Part shown: in pieces, positions 24,672 to 37,936 of the stretch | Position numbering within the stretch: the first letter of the stretch is position 1 | How the letters are laid out: every line of letters begins with the position of its first letter | Assembly (NCBI GenBank): GCA_951406725.2 | Contig: OX597829.1 | Location: forward strand, 54,746,001 to 54,810,000 | Direction: 5' to 3' | DNA length: 64,000 nucleotides | From: Octopus vulgaris | Lineage: Eukaryota | Translations under genes and position numbers: made by a program | The notes under the pieces: generated by a model | Databases searched by the model: none | Seen by the model: the letters and a program-made list of their open reading frames with translations, nothing else | Told to the model about the DNA's origin: nothing

Positions 24672-24908
24672 GTGTATATGTGTGTGTGTGTGTTTTGATA
24701 AATCAAAATTAACATCTTTCTTCATTTCAGGCTGGCTTCTGTTGATTTTATTCTTAACAGACTTAAATGGATGTTTACAAGTAATATGATTTGTGTAATA
24801 ATAATAACGACTAAGTGCGGTGTTGTAATTTGTCAGTAATTGAACTGAACAAGGGATAACTTAATTTATTCTTGATTCGACAAACATCCCCCTTTTAAAG
24901 TAAGGGGT

Positions 24909-24941
<33 letters not shown>

Positions 24942-25264
24942 CAATTGATTTAACATCAGTATATAACTGGTATATCTATTGATTTCCAGTAAAACGAGAA
25001 GTTGAATAAAACGAAATATATTTAGTTTTAGTTTCATTTGTAATAATAATTCATTAACGTTCTCTGTTTTTAATCAATCGACACCATTTGCAGAACATTT
25101 GGAATAGAATATTTTACATGATTACTGTAAAAATGGTGATTTCCGACTGTCTACGAGTTGCTATTATAATTTATTCAATGTCAGATTTGTATTTGATAAC
25201 ATTTGTTGATCTCTAAGCTCGTTTTAAACTTACTACTTTCAGTTTAATCTAATATAATTAATCA

Positions 25265-25400
25265 TTAGATGGATTGATGATAGATGATGGATGATTGATA
25301 GATGGCTGATTGATAGATGGATGATTGATAGATGGCTGATTGATAGATGGATGACAGACAGTTAGATGAATAATAGATAGATTGACAGACAGATATAGAT
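25265..25400. repeat. (GATA/GATG/GATT)n repeat with a ~15-bp higher-order unit
   Basis: Repeated gattgatagatggat / gattgatagatggct. Confidence 0.85.
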
Positions 25401-26299
25401 GTGAGTGTAGATTGATGTACTGAGACAGATGTACATGATTTCATCTGTTGAATATTTTGTAGATTCATTCATAGCTGAATACCTAAATATTTTACACACA
25501 TTGTGTTTGTATACGTGAATCTATCCTCTGTCTCTCGATTTATCGATCTTTCTGGGGATATTCGATGTTAAATATTGTTTGATATGGCTTGGACATTTTT
25601 TTTAAAGATAAGCAAACATACATATACGATGGAGACGACTCAGAATTGTTGGTATTTATTTTATCGACCATTGCAAATCATCATAGTTCGATGCTGCTGT
25701 ACTCTGGTTTATCATCTTCCATGCTCTTATATTATTTTGCTAGAGTTATTTTGAAACTAGGTATCAAAATAGTATTGTTTCCTGTATTGTGTATATCGAT
25801 AAGCCAAATACGCATCGAACTTGGGCTGCGAGATTTAGATGAATTACATTCAGATGTGGTGGTGGTGGTGATGATGATGGTGGTGGTGGTGGTGGTGGTA
25901 TAGGTGTGAGCGCGTGTGAACGACAGGTAGTCATGGCCCGAACAAGTGATTATTTTAATTCTTTTTTCAGTTGTACTAGTTGGTTAATCTACCATATCTC
26001 TTAGGTTGACCCATTTACGTTAACACACCCTCATACATAAACATACACATAGTTCTGGACTGCAATTAAAACCATATATATATATAATAATTTAGGGTGC
26101 TTTCTGATGTATTTTTTTACATCGTGGTATGATGAATATATGTTAAATTGTAAACATACTACAATTTAATATATATATATATATATATATGGGAGGGAGG
26201 AATGTAGGTAGGTAGGTAGGTATACATGTACAAACATGCTATTTTAAAGAATGGATAGTGACATTGTATTTTGTATATGATGATCATTCCCTTTTTTAC

Positions 26300-27890
26300 T
26301 GCAGGCTCTCTGCGACTGGTGGGATCAATGCTGTTAACGTTCAGGCCAAGAAAGATCTGAGAAGAGGAGGAGGAAAGTCCAGGGGTTTGAATTTGTGGGA
26401 ACGAAGGATTGGATAGATTGGTTAGTGCAAGGAAAGAGCGGTTAGACGCATCAAGGGTAACGAGAGGTGGAGACAAGTGGAACGGGGGTTGGCTGAGTGG
26501 TGGAGGTTCGAGACCAATCTGCTCCAAGGATCAGTGATTATTATAGTAATGTCAAAGTACATAAAGGATTCGGCACATCATACCTGTGGGCTAGGGGCTG
26601 GAGTGTGTCCGTTATGGAATTCCAATCAGTCAGGTGGTCCTTTTGGGTGCTAATCACGATGTCTGTGTGAGTGGGTGGGGGTTGCGGCATCGTCCCAGAT
26701 GTGGATGCAATAATCTATTGTAGATCTCACATGAACCTTGTAGAATGTCAGCAGATGTTTGGGAACCGAAATATTTTCTGGTCCTGAAGATAAGGGCTAG
26801 TTTTTTTTTAGTTTTTTAATGTAGTCCTAGATATGCTAAGAATGAGTTTTTACCAAAACTGACCCTCACTAATAGTGAGGCCCACATTTGGATCGACTGT
26901 GTGGGCTCTTGCTGAGAGCTGCTCTTGTTCAGTTTTTTTTCTTTTCTATTAAATGAGACAAACTTGGCATAGTCCCATTGGAGATTGAAGATCTCTTTAT
27001 GGAATCAGTGCTAGTTTGGCATGTGGCATATAGGTTGCATGTATATGATGCATGATTAAGGAAGTTTAAAGATGAACGACAGGTTGGTCATCGGCATAAG
27101 AGTGGGCCTTTTAGGATGTGGCAGTAAGAGATTGGTGCATAGAAAGGAAAAAGGTGGGGGAAAGGAACCAACACCAGAGTTACTTGGGAGTAAAGCAGTA
27201 AAAGCTTCGTTAAGACATATTGTAATGGTGTGATTTGGAAACTGCTGATTCAAGAGATAAGGAGTCCATTGGGAGTTTTTAATGGAAGATTTGCTTGCCA
27301 GATATGGTTGAAGGCTTTGCTGATATCTAGGGTAATATTATTTTTACTGAACTTCTCTCTAGCAAAAGCCCATTGTTGGGCAACATAAGAGAATTGGTCT
27401 CCTGTAGATCTGGTTTTGCATAAGCCATATTAATTGTCAATGGAGAGAGAAATTCAAGGTGTTGAAGAATGTCTTGTAATGGCTGTCTTCATTTCCTTAG
27501 AGATGTTTGAGGTGAGAGTAACAGGGCAATAGTTGGATGGGTCAGAAGGGTTACCACTCTTTGGAATACTGAATCACATTTCTGAATGTCATTGTATATC
27601 TTTGAATAAAGTGAGAGATGAGAGTTTGGTGAGTATAAGAGCAAGTTATGGGACATTGCAATGTTTGAGTGTAATGAAAGAAACATTATAAGGACCAGTG
27701 GATTTGTTTGAAGCAGTTGGAAGTTTTTCTTCATGTGGCTTGTGTATATAAGCGGGGTTGAGTGCCTATTGGAATAAAAGGGGGTAGATTGGCTAAAGTG
27801 TGTAGAGGTTACATTCTTGAGTCATAAGGGGCTGGTTTCCATGACATATAAGTTCCCCACCTGGATAAGACTCTGGTCCCTCTCAGGATT
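26300..27890 (-). mobile_element. Highly decayed retroelement remnant (possibly Penelope-like)
   Basis: Coding-like composition with short broken ORFs and a vestigial Cys/His motif near 26480. Family assignment is weak. Confidence 0.3.
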
Positions 27891-28324
27891 ACTAATTTTT
27901 GCCGGCTAAGTGGACTGGAACAAAGTGAAATTCAGTACCTTGCTCAAGAACACAACACGTTGCCTGGTCAAAGAATTGAAACCATGATCTTACAATCATG
28001 AGTCTCAACACCCTAACCACTAAGCCATGCACCTCCTGAGTAGAGTGTATGCAAAATGGGCAGAGCAGGTAGAAGCATTCTCTATGAAGGTACAACTTAC
28101 AGAGCCATTGTTGTTTAGACAAGGAGGAAAGGAGGATTCTAAGGTTGGTGGAGATCCTTTTGGCAAGGGACCAGAAGGATTAGTTCCAAGTTCAATTGCA
28201 CTGCATGGCACCTTGAATAAGTGTCTCCTACTATAGCCCTGAACCAACCAAAGCCTTGTGAGTGGATCTGGTAGACAGAAACTGAAAGAAACTCAGCATA
28301 TATGTGCGTGTGTGTGTATGTACT

Positions 28325-28678
28325 AAGAGCACCATCCGAGTGTGATCATTGCCAGAGCAGCTAACTGGCTTCCATGCTGGTGGCACATAAAAGGCACCAT
28401 TCGAGCGTGATCGTTACCAGTGTCGCCTTACTGGCATGTGTAAAATCATTCGAGTGAGGTCGTTGCCAGTACCGCCTGACTGGCCCCCATGCTGGTGGCA
28501 CGTAAAAGCACCCACTACACTCTCAGAGTGGTTGGCATTAGGAAGGGCATCCAGCTGTAGAAACTCTGCCAGATCAAGATTGGAGCCTGGTGCAGCCATC
28601 TAGTTCGCCAGCCCTCAGTCAAACCGTCCAACCCATGCTAGCATGGAAAGCGGATGTTAAACGATGATGATGATGATA
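28325..28678 (+). mobile_element. SINE-type family D 3' module with internal ~60-70 bp tandem units and (GAT)n tail
   Basis: ggtggcacgtaaaagcacc units, then ttaggaagggcatccagctgtagaaac...gcatggaaagcggatgttaaacgatgatgat. Here it is joined to a family A head. Copies at about 2060-2305, 2500-2700, 14600-14810-, 34035-34290, 35415-35740, 36410-36625, 40050-40235, 42465-42797, 51505-51728, 53163-53570-. Confidence 0.75.
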
Positions 28679-28688
28679 TATATATATA

Positions 28689-29948
28689 ACAGGTTGAGTA
28701 AAAAGTAAGCAACGTCTTGAACCATGAAGAATTTGTACTGGATTTTTGCAGAAAGTGGAATTTTTGTTAAGCATTTTTTTTGCAATTGTCTGATAATACA
28801 GACATAGGTTTGCTCAAATACCTCAATAAATTAACATTAATATTTCTTTCACTATTGTTATAATCATCTGAAACGGAACTGTCAAAGTACAATATTTGAG
28901 CAATTTTGCTGTTCAACTTCAAAAAAGGACGTAAAGCAGCTGAAACTGCTTGCGATATCAATGAAACTTTTGGTAAGGAAAAATGACCAGTGAGTGGTCA
29001 GTTCAAAAATGGTTTACATGATTTCGCATTGGAGGCCTGAGCTTTGAATATCATGAGTGTAGTGGATGCCCATCTGTCATCAATGACAGTCAATTAAATA
29101 CCGTCATTAAAAAAGATCCATGTAAAACCACTCAAAACCTGACAAAAGAACTTCAAGTTAGCCAGAAAAATGCATGCAACCATTTGCATGCAATCAGAAA
29201 ATCAAAAAAAGCTCAAGCAATGAGTACCACATGATTTGAATGAAAATCAGAAAAGGCAAAGATATGAAATTTACTCATTGCTTCTATTCTGTAACCAGAA
29301 CAATCCATTTCTTGATCATATTGTAACTTGTGATGAAAAGTGGATTCTGTACAACGATAAAAAAACGTTCTTCACAGTGGTTGGACCAAAATGAAGCACT
29401 GAAAACCTTCCCTAAGCCCGAGCTCTTTAAAAAGAAGGTTATGGTGACTGTTTGGTGGTGTACTGCGGGACTCACCCACTGGAAAAACCATTACTGCAGA
29501 AACATATGAAATTGCCAAATTGAATGAAAAACTGCTGCTCCTCCGTCCAAGACTAGTCAACAGAAGAGGGCCAATCACTCTTCATGACAATGCTTGACCA
29601 CATGTTTCATTAATGGAAGTTGAGGGAACTTGGCTACAAAGTTCTTCCCCACCTAGCTTATTCCCCAGACCTTTCTCCCACCAACTACCACTTTTTTAAG
29701 CACCTTGGTGATTTCCTGTGAGAGAAGGAGTTCAAAAATCAAACCAATGCTGAAAGTGTGTTCAAAGAGTTCATCAGCTCCAGAACTCCAGATTTTAATG
29801 TAACCGGAATAAACAAACTTGTAACTCGTTGGCAAGAATATGCTGGTTGTGATGGTACTGACTTTGATGAATAAAATTAGTACATTGTTGAAATATATTG
29901 TTATGAATTTTATGTTTCAAAACGTTGCTTACTTTTTACCCAGCTTGA
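28689..29948 (+). mobile_element. Full-length (about 1.26 kb) decayed mariner transposon in CDIPT intron 1
   Basis: TIRs acaggttgagtaaaaagtaagcaacgt / acgttgcttactttttacccagcttga flanked by TA. Motifs *VPHDL, IVTCDEKWILY, HDNA and YSPDLSPTNYHFF, with frameshifts and stops. Confidence 0.92.
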
Positions 29949-30049
29949 TATAATATGTGTGTGTATCTTCATATGACTAAATGCTTCAGTGTGGTTCTCT
30001 AATATGGTTAGAGTCTATGCAACTTCAGTATTAGTCTCAAGAAGCGCTT

Positions 30050-31150
30050 CATGTGCATGTATTGTGCCAAAAAGCACAGAAGAACTTTAACAGCAGGTGA
30101 AAATCATCCTGTAGTGACATTGGAATTGCTCTGTCCAGATTTCTATGTGTTTGTTAAATTTTTGTGCTAATCAAAGGTAGCATTTGTTGCTGTTAGTATG
30201 AGCCGGAGCAGGTTCTATAACAGACCATATGATGTTGTAGTTGGTGATGTCTTTGTGTTTTAAAACTACAAATGTATTTGAAAAGAATTGTTGCAGATTT
30301 TTCTATTCAAGTCTAAAATTGTACAAATGCTAAATATGCCTTAATTTAAATATGTTCTCAGTAAGTTTTCACTGTTAGCACTTTTAACACAGTAAATGCT
30401 AATTTTTTTAGGTCATTTTCCATTTTGAGGGCATGTACTTTCGTAGAGGTAGTTGCATTGAGATGGCGAGATAGCTTTTTCTTTTTAATTCTGATTAGGC
30501 AAGATATGAAATTGTCTGTACAGCTATAATTTACTTTGAGGTTGTATCTGTTAAACATTTTGTGGAATTTATGGTCAATAGAGAAGTGTTTGTTTATTAC
30601 ATTTATGAAGGCTCTGGCAATATTTGGTCCTAATGTTTAAACTGAAAAGGGGGTGTATTATACCATAATTCTTTTTCTTTTTCTCCTAACATTTAATTGT
30701 CCTTGTTGGGGGATGTATTTTATCCTGTTGCTAAAGTCACTTCTCATGATTTCATTGTCAGATATAGCAACACAATCAAAAATTTCCATATTCAATAACA
30801 TTTTTGATACTTTTTTACTAATGTTACAAGTCCTTGAAGATGTTGGGTGGGTGAAAAGCAGTTTTATAATGTAATGTATGATCTTGTTACATTTTCTATA
30901 GGGGCTGTAAGTTTCTAGTACTAGGACCATAGTGACATCTAAAACGTTTCCTATGTTAGTGTTTGTACTAAGAGTAATTTTGAGGACAAAACTCTTTCTA
31001 ATCATTCTAATTGGTACCCATTTCTATTGAATGTTATTGTAAGATCATCACCTCAAGACAATCCTAATTCTATAAAGTTAGATCTAGATATTACATTGTC
31101 TGAAATAAATAGACCTATAAGGTTGCTGATTTCTGCTCAATCATAGCATC
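30050..31150 (-). mobile_element. Penelope-like element coding remnant
   Basis: The minus strand gives RRKRKRI...INKHFSIDHKFHKMFNRYNLKVNYSC, the same Penelope linker motif as at 21.2 kb. Heavily decayed. Confidence 0.62.
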
Positions 31151-32830
31151 CCATTAGAACATTGAAAAATTCTGGTCCATTATGCTTTACTTGGGAAACT
31201 TTGTCAAAAGATAGGAATGACTTTCTGGTATGCATAATGAAATCTATGTCCAGGCCTGAAATTGCGACTTACCTGCAGGCAAAATTTAAGTCTTTTATTA
31301 ATAAGTTCTCAGTGATAGAAAGGTAAAAATCATATCAAACCAAGCTGTCACTGAGGAACATATATATATATATACATATATATCTGTGTGTGTGATAAAT
31401 ATTCCTGACAGACTGTGATTGTGGAACAGCTTTGCTTGTTGCATAAAGCAGTGACCATACTGGCAGTAGTTACAACACTACAACTCTCTCCTCCTCTCCT
31501 CCTCTGAAATCAGTAGGGTTGGTCAGTTGTCAATCAATCCCACTTTTATTATTCAAAATGTCAAACATCCATCACATTTCATTTGTGTAATATCAATGAA
31601 ATATTAATTGCACAAATTTTAATAACAACATTATCGTTAATGGATCTGTGCAGCTCTTTACATTCTGAGTTCAGATTCCACCAAGGTGGACTTTGCCTTT
31701 CATCCTTTCAGGGTCATTAAAAATTAAGTACCTATTGAGTTCTAAGGTCAATGTAATTGATTAACACCTTGTGCCAAAATGAAATTTGCATTAATGGATA
31801 CGTGTATCTACTTCTATGCAACCCTGACCACCATTTCTGTCACTATACATTCTCTCTCTCTCTCTCTTCCCTCTCTCCACCACACACTTCTTTTACCTGT
31901 CTACCTTTACCTATAATCTTCTTATTTCTCATCTACCAGCAGTGTTGCTATACTGCTACTCTCTACTCTTTATCTACGGTCATTTATCACAGCCTTTCCT
32001 GAGCCAATTCTAATTCTTATCAGCTTCCCACCTGCAACTCACCTCCACCCTTGCCCACCATTCACTATGTTCACCTCTTTCTCTATCTATTTCTCATTCT
32101 CTCCTCACACTCTTCCTAATCTTACCTGTTCTCTCTTATACTTACACTTCTGCCTTCAGTACACCCTCACACGTCACTACCATCATCTTTACTTCTCTCT
32201 CCACCTGCTCCCACCTGTCCTTAATAATACAAGATAGTCATATATCTCTCCAAGAGCAACACACATCTACCATACTCTATCTTCTCAACACCTCCCATAA
32301 ATCCATCTCTCTCTCTCTCTTCTACAACCCCACTCTGTTGAAGGGGCTTTTTTTTTTATCGTGTGAGTTAACATGATAATATCATTTGTACCTGTGTCTC
32401 AAAAAGAAGCACTCAGTTACACCCTGTAAAGTGGTTGGCATTAGGAAGGGAAACAGTCTTCCATATTGGATCCCATTAAACTGTTCTACTCTTGCCAACA
32501 ATGGAAAACTTAAGTGATGATATGTATGTTTTGGTTATTTTGACTAACACTTATCTCTCGACATTTTTAGCCTTGTGCCTTAATCAGAACCTAATGAGGA
32601 TAGCAAGATGGTGAACTGGCAAAATCATTAGCACATCATGCAAAATGCTTAGCAGCATTTCATCCATTTTTATGTTCTTAGTTCAAATTTTGCTGAGATC
32701 AACTTTGCCTTTCATCCTTTTGGTGTCAGTAAAATAAGGAGTTGAATATTGGAGTTGATGAAATTGATTATCTCCCTCCCCCAAATTCCAGGCCTTCTGC
32801 CTGTAGTAGAAAAGATTATTATTATTGTTA

Positions 32831-32871
<41 letters not shown>

Positions 32872-32875
32872 GTTA

Positions 32876-33930
32876 TTCAACATTTGGTAGTTTTAGGCAA
32901 GTTTCAGGCCACCACACCTTCATGTTGCTGGGGTGTGTGCAGCATTGTGTGTTCTTTTTTTGTTGTTGTTGGGAATGTGAAAACTCTTCCTGGTATTTTA
33001 TTGTGTCGGTTTCTCTTCTTCATGGAGTGTGGTGCATTCTTTGTTGTATTAGTGTTTGTATTGTGAATTGTGTGTGGATATCTAGCCTGTTGGTGATAGC
33101 TTATTTCATTGGATATTTGCTATCCAATGTGTGTCTTGTGTTTGTGGGTTGTTTGGTTTGGGTTGTATTATTTAATTGATGGTGTCAGGATGTGAACTGT
33201 TCCTAACAGAGCTATTTTTTTGGATAGTGTGTAGTGTTGAGGATGTTTTATTATCATGTCCACTGCTCCAGTTATTACTGGTATTGTTTTCACCTTTCTG
33301 TCCCACATCTTGACTACTTCAATTTCAAGGTGTTTGTACTTTGACATTTTCTCCACTTCTTTTTGGACAACATTTTGGTCAGAAGAAATTGCAATGTCTG
33401 TCAGTAATCATGTGGATTTTTGTCTGGGCAATTAGTTTTTATTTCTTTCTTTGAACAGGCATTGTGGCCCGGTCATTGCCATTTACTTCGTTTGGTACAT
33501 GTTTTTACCTTTTCTTGTTAGTTTTTATGTTGTAATGTTGGTATGTTGTCCAGTGAATAAAATTACTTACTCAGTTGCGTCTGTATATATATATTCAAAT
33601 TTGACAAGGACTGAATTGCCAGGGACGATGTGCTCAACAGTCTCATTGTGCAGGTTGCACATTTTGCATTTGATATGAGGGCCTGTTTTCATTATTTTTC
33701 TTTTATAGTTGTTTGTAGTCAGACATTGGTCTTGTGCAGTGAGAATCAGTTCTTTTAGTCCAGAGCTTTTGAACCATTGTTGGCTTTTACCTAAGCTCAC
33801 TTCCTCTCTGCCAGGCCTTGCAGGATATTGGCCATGGAGTGACTTTTCTCTCCATTTCTTTTGTATGTTTTGTAGTTCCGTTTTCATGTTATTTCATTTC
33901 TGTTCTGTTGTCATCTGAAGTCAATGTATC
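32876..33930 (-). mobile_element. R4/Dong-like LINE 3' fragment
   Basis: WREKSLHGQY, LILTAQDQCL, CKMC....ETVEHIV zinc knuckle, KYKHLEIE..MW..KVKTIPVITGA, KIALLGTVHIL. The 3' UTR ends in (TAA)n. Confidence 0.8.
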
Positions 33931-34489
33931 AGTGCAGTTTGCTTCTATTTTCTATTTTCTTGTTTCCTTGTGTCGGAGAGAGAAAAGTGTTTTCCTTTTC
34001 TTGTGTTTTCCTTTTCTTGTGTTGCTTTATTACATGTGATACATAAAAAGCACCATCCGTTTGTGGCCGTTTGCCAGCCTCGTCTGGCACCTGTGCGGGT
34101 GGCACGTAAAAAGCACCCACTACACTCACGGAGTAGTTGGCGTTAGGAAGGGCATCCAGCCGTAGAAACACTGTTAGATTTGACTGGGCCTGATGAAGCC
34201 TTCTGGCTTCACAGACCCCAGTAGAACCGTCCAACCCATGCTAGCATGGAAAACGGACGCTAAACGATGATGATGATGATGATGATGATGATAGTCTTCC
34301 ACTGTTTGTCTCTAAGTACTTTTCTTGTCCAACTGTTGTTATTTTATAATAGTTCTCTATCTGTATCAGGCCATGGCCTCCTTTTGAGCTGGGTAGATAT
34401 ATTCTTTCTGTGTCTGCTTTGGGGTGGTGACTTCAGTCTGCTGTTAATCGCTTTCTGGCTTTTCTATCTAAGTTTCTCAATTCACTGAT

Positions 34490-35155
34490 ATTATTATTAT
34501 TATTTTGGTTTGACTCAGGTTCGGTCTTATTCCTGGTAGGATTTATATGGGTAGCAGGTTACTACCTATAATCTTAGGTATCCACAAGTTTTCAGCTGTC
34601 TTTCAGGTGCTTAGAACCCTCCTGTTAATCCTTGCTGTTCCTAAGAGACAAACTTTCTGTAGGAGCTCCAACAGACATTCTATTTCAATCTATTTGTCTA
34701 CATCTTTGCTTACTGTTCCAAACACACAGATTATTATAGGCAAAACTCCAAATTCTTCCTATTTCAAATTTTATGGGATTGTATTATTTTTGTTTTTCGT
34801 TGTCTTTCTTTACAATCCTCAAATCAAATGGGCATTAATATTATTATTATTATTATTACTCAACATTTGGTAGTTTGAGGCAAATATCTACTCTATCACC
34901 TGCTACACACCTGTGTCGCTGGGGCATGCACAGCACTTTTGTTTTTGTTTGAGAGAGTGCAAACTCTCCCAATATTGTGTTGCATCTGTTACATTTTTTT
35001 TTACGAGGTGTGGTCTAGTCTTTTGTTGTATTAGTGATTGTGTTGTGTGTGTGATGCATTAGGTATCTGGCCTGCTGGTGGTAATTTATTTCCCTGGGTA
35101 AATGCTGTATAGGGTGTGACTTGTGTTTGTGGATTGTTTTGTTTGGGTTATATTA
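34490..35155 (-). mobile_element. Two further R4/Dong-like 3' ends
   Basis: About 34490-34760 encodes LLQKVCLLGTARINRRVL on the minus strand. About 34860-35155 is a diverged copy of the 32880-33170 3' UTR. Each abuts (TTA)n. Confidence 0.6.
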
Positions 35156-36787
35156 TTGAATTTATATTATTATTATTATTAGCAGTAGCAGCTGTGGGTT
35201 TCTAAAATCGTTGGAGCATCAAACAAATTGCCTTGTTGTACTTGTTCAGGCTTTTTAGATTGTAAGTTCTTGGCTATCTGATTTTCAACGTAACCTTTTT
35301 TTGCCAAGTACCTCTATTCTAGTCAGGTAATGAGGTTGGTATAATTAAATAACCCCTTCCCATCCTCAATTTGTTGGCTTTGCACCTGAATTAGAAACAA
35401 TTATTATAAGTTGACTGTCTCCCATGCCGGTGGCACGTAAAAAGCACCATCTGAATGTGGTTGATGCCAGTGCCCCCTGACTGGCTCCTGTGCTGGTGGC
35501 ACGTAAAAAGCACTATCTGAATGTGGTTGATGCCAGGGCTGCCTGATTAGCTCCTGTGTCAGTGACACATAAAAGGGACCCACTACACTCTTGGAGTGGT
35601 TGGTGTTAGGGAGGGCATCCAGCTGTAGAAACCTTGCCAGATCAGATTGGAGTTGGTACAGCCTCCTGGCTTCCCAGACTTCAGTGAAACCGTCCAACCC
35701 ATGCCAGCATGGAAAAACGGGCTTTAAACGATGATGATGATATTTCATATGCTGTGAAAAATATGATACTAGATGAACCAAGATAGACAAATCAACCGTC
35801 ATAATATTTCAATGAATACATTAAAGCATTGTATTCTAATTAGTACCCAACTAATTACATGATTCTTGAACTCAAATCAAATATCTCCTGTTCTGACTTT
35901 ATTTTTATTTTTTCAATGTTTTTACTTGTTTCAGTCATTAGACTGTGGCCATGCTGGGGCACTTCCTTGAAGAATTTTTAATCAAACAAACTGAATCCAA
36001 GAATTTTTTTCTTTTAAGCCTGAAACTTATTTTATCAGGGAATGTAAATGCACCAACACCGTTTGTCAAGTGGTGGTGGACACACGCACACACATACAGT
36101 TATATACAATAGGCTTTGAGTTTCTGCCTACCAAATCCACTCAAATGGTGTTAATCTGACCAAAACTATAGAAGGTACTTGCCCAAGCTGCCGTGCAGTA
36201 GGACTGAACCTGAAACATCATTATTGTTAATAGAAGGGATCTAAATTAAGAGTGATGTGATCAATACTTTGTTCTAAAGAAAAACCACAACAACATGTGT
36301 GATTGGAATTCTGGATATTAAGAAAGAATCTTTTAATGCATGTATCTCACAAAATGTTTTCAAATAATAGAATAGAAAATTATGTACCCATGTATATATA
36401 CTGGCATGGATGACATGCAAAAGGCACCTGTGCTGGTGATACATAAAAGGCACCCATTACACTCTTGGAGTGGTTGACGTTAGGAGGGACATCCAGCTGT
36501 AGAAAACCAATCCAAACTCAGACTGGAACCTGGTGCAGCTCTCCAGCTTACCAGTTCCAGTCAAACTGTCCAACCCATGCCAGCATGGAAAATGGACACT
36601 AAATAATGATGATGATGATGATGATATCTGAATAGAAAAGAAAATTATGTATGTCTTATTATGTATGTCTAATAATGATAATAATGAATTGAATTATGTT
36701 AGTGAAATAGCATTTTACTTATTAGCAACATTGACAGCTTCTTTCTCTGATTTTGGTTCTTATTTCCTGCTTTTTAATGTTTTACAG

Positions 36788-36922
36788 ATTATGGACGAGT
36801 TGTGTTTGCCTTTGCTGCGTTTTACTTCATGCAAACAAACTATCAGCTAGCAGCTTTCCTTTATCTCCTCAGTGGATTTTTGGATTCATTCGATGGACAT
36901 GCTGCTCGAGTTTTGAATCAAG
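36788..36922 (+). CDS. CDIPT: CDIPT coding exon 2 of 6
   Basis: Acceptor ttttacag, donor AG|GTAAAG, 135 nt. Reads (D)YGRVVFAFAAFYFMQTNYQLAAFLYLLSGFLDSFDGHAARVLNQ, the first half of the CDP-alcohol phosphotransferase motif DxxDGxxAR. Confidence 0.96.
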
Positions 36923-37187
36923 GTAAAGAAATATATATTATCTCCTTTTTTAAGCTGTTTATTTTAGTACATAATTTGAATGTTAAATAGAAATCATTGT
37001 TGCATTAATAAAGATTTTCAATTTATTTTTATATCATGCATTTTCCGAAAATAGCATCATTAGTTATAGGTTTCCAATGCTTCCGGTCATGAGTTCATTA
37101 CATTTCCAATGCTGAAAGTCATTAGGGAGTGTCCATACAAGTTGGATGGAATAGATACTACAAGGTATCTTAAGGTGGCAACTAGTT

Positions 37188-37222
<35 letters not shown>

Positions 37223-37224
<2 letters not shown>

Positions 37225-37597
37225 AGTGGCTGTGTGGTAAGTAGCTTGCTTACCAACCACATGGTTCTGGGTTCAGTCCCACTGCATGGCACCTTGGGCA
37301 AGTGTCTTCTACTATAGCCTCGGGCCGACCAAAACCTTGTGAGTGGATTTGGTAGACAGAAACTGAAAAAAGTCTGTCGTATATGTGTGTGTGTGCTTGT
37401 TTGTCCTCACAACATCGCTTGACAACCGAGGCCGATGTGTTTACGTTCCCGTAACTTAGCGGTTTGGCAAGAGAGACCAATAGAATAAGTACTAGGCTTA
37501 CAAAGAATAAGTCTTGGGGTTGATTTGCTCGACTAAATGTGGTGCTCCAGCATGGCCGCAGTCAAAAAACTGAAACAAATAAAAGAAAAGAAAAGAA
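37223..37597 (+). mobile_element. SINE family A copy (CDIPT intron 2)
   Basis: Colinear with 15254-15681. Confidence 0.85.
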
Positions 37598-37680
37598 CGT
37601 ATATGTGTATATATATATATATATATATCTTTTAGCTATAAGAATTAATCTGCACACAACCAACCAAATTTTACTTTGGT

Positions 37681-37936
37681 CAGTGGTTCCCAACCTGGAT
37701 CCCTGTGATTCTTGAGAATCCATATAGGATTTTGTTGTTAAAATTTATCTGCAATTAATCAGTTATCCTTCTACAATACACCAAATATTTTAATACTTTT
37801 TTCTATATAATCCCTAATAATATTTAATTATGAAAATTTAATTGGATTTTTAAAAAATCAAACAGCTAGAAGGGTCTACCTTGGTAAAATAGGAGCCAAA
37901 GGGCTCTGTAGGTAAAAAGTGGTTGAGAGCCACTGA
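37681..37936. mobile_element. hAT (Charlie-like) MITE
   Basis: TIRs cagtggttcccaacc / ggttgagagccactg. A related, longer copy lies at about 61851-62529. Confidence 0.7.

Noticed and set aside
24100-24715. Long ORFs of 117-190 aa on both strands
   Set aside because: Translations of (TA)n/(TG)n microsatellite (YIYI/CVCV); the same applies to 48658-49018 and 21967-22468.
35415-35590. Regularly spaced ~65-bp units containing GGTGGCACGTAAAAAGCACC, superficially CRISPR-like
   Set aside because: The whole unit is repeated with no unique spacers, it is an internal tandem of a dispersed SINE module, the context is eukaryotic and there are no cas genes.
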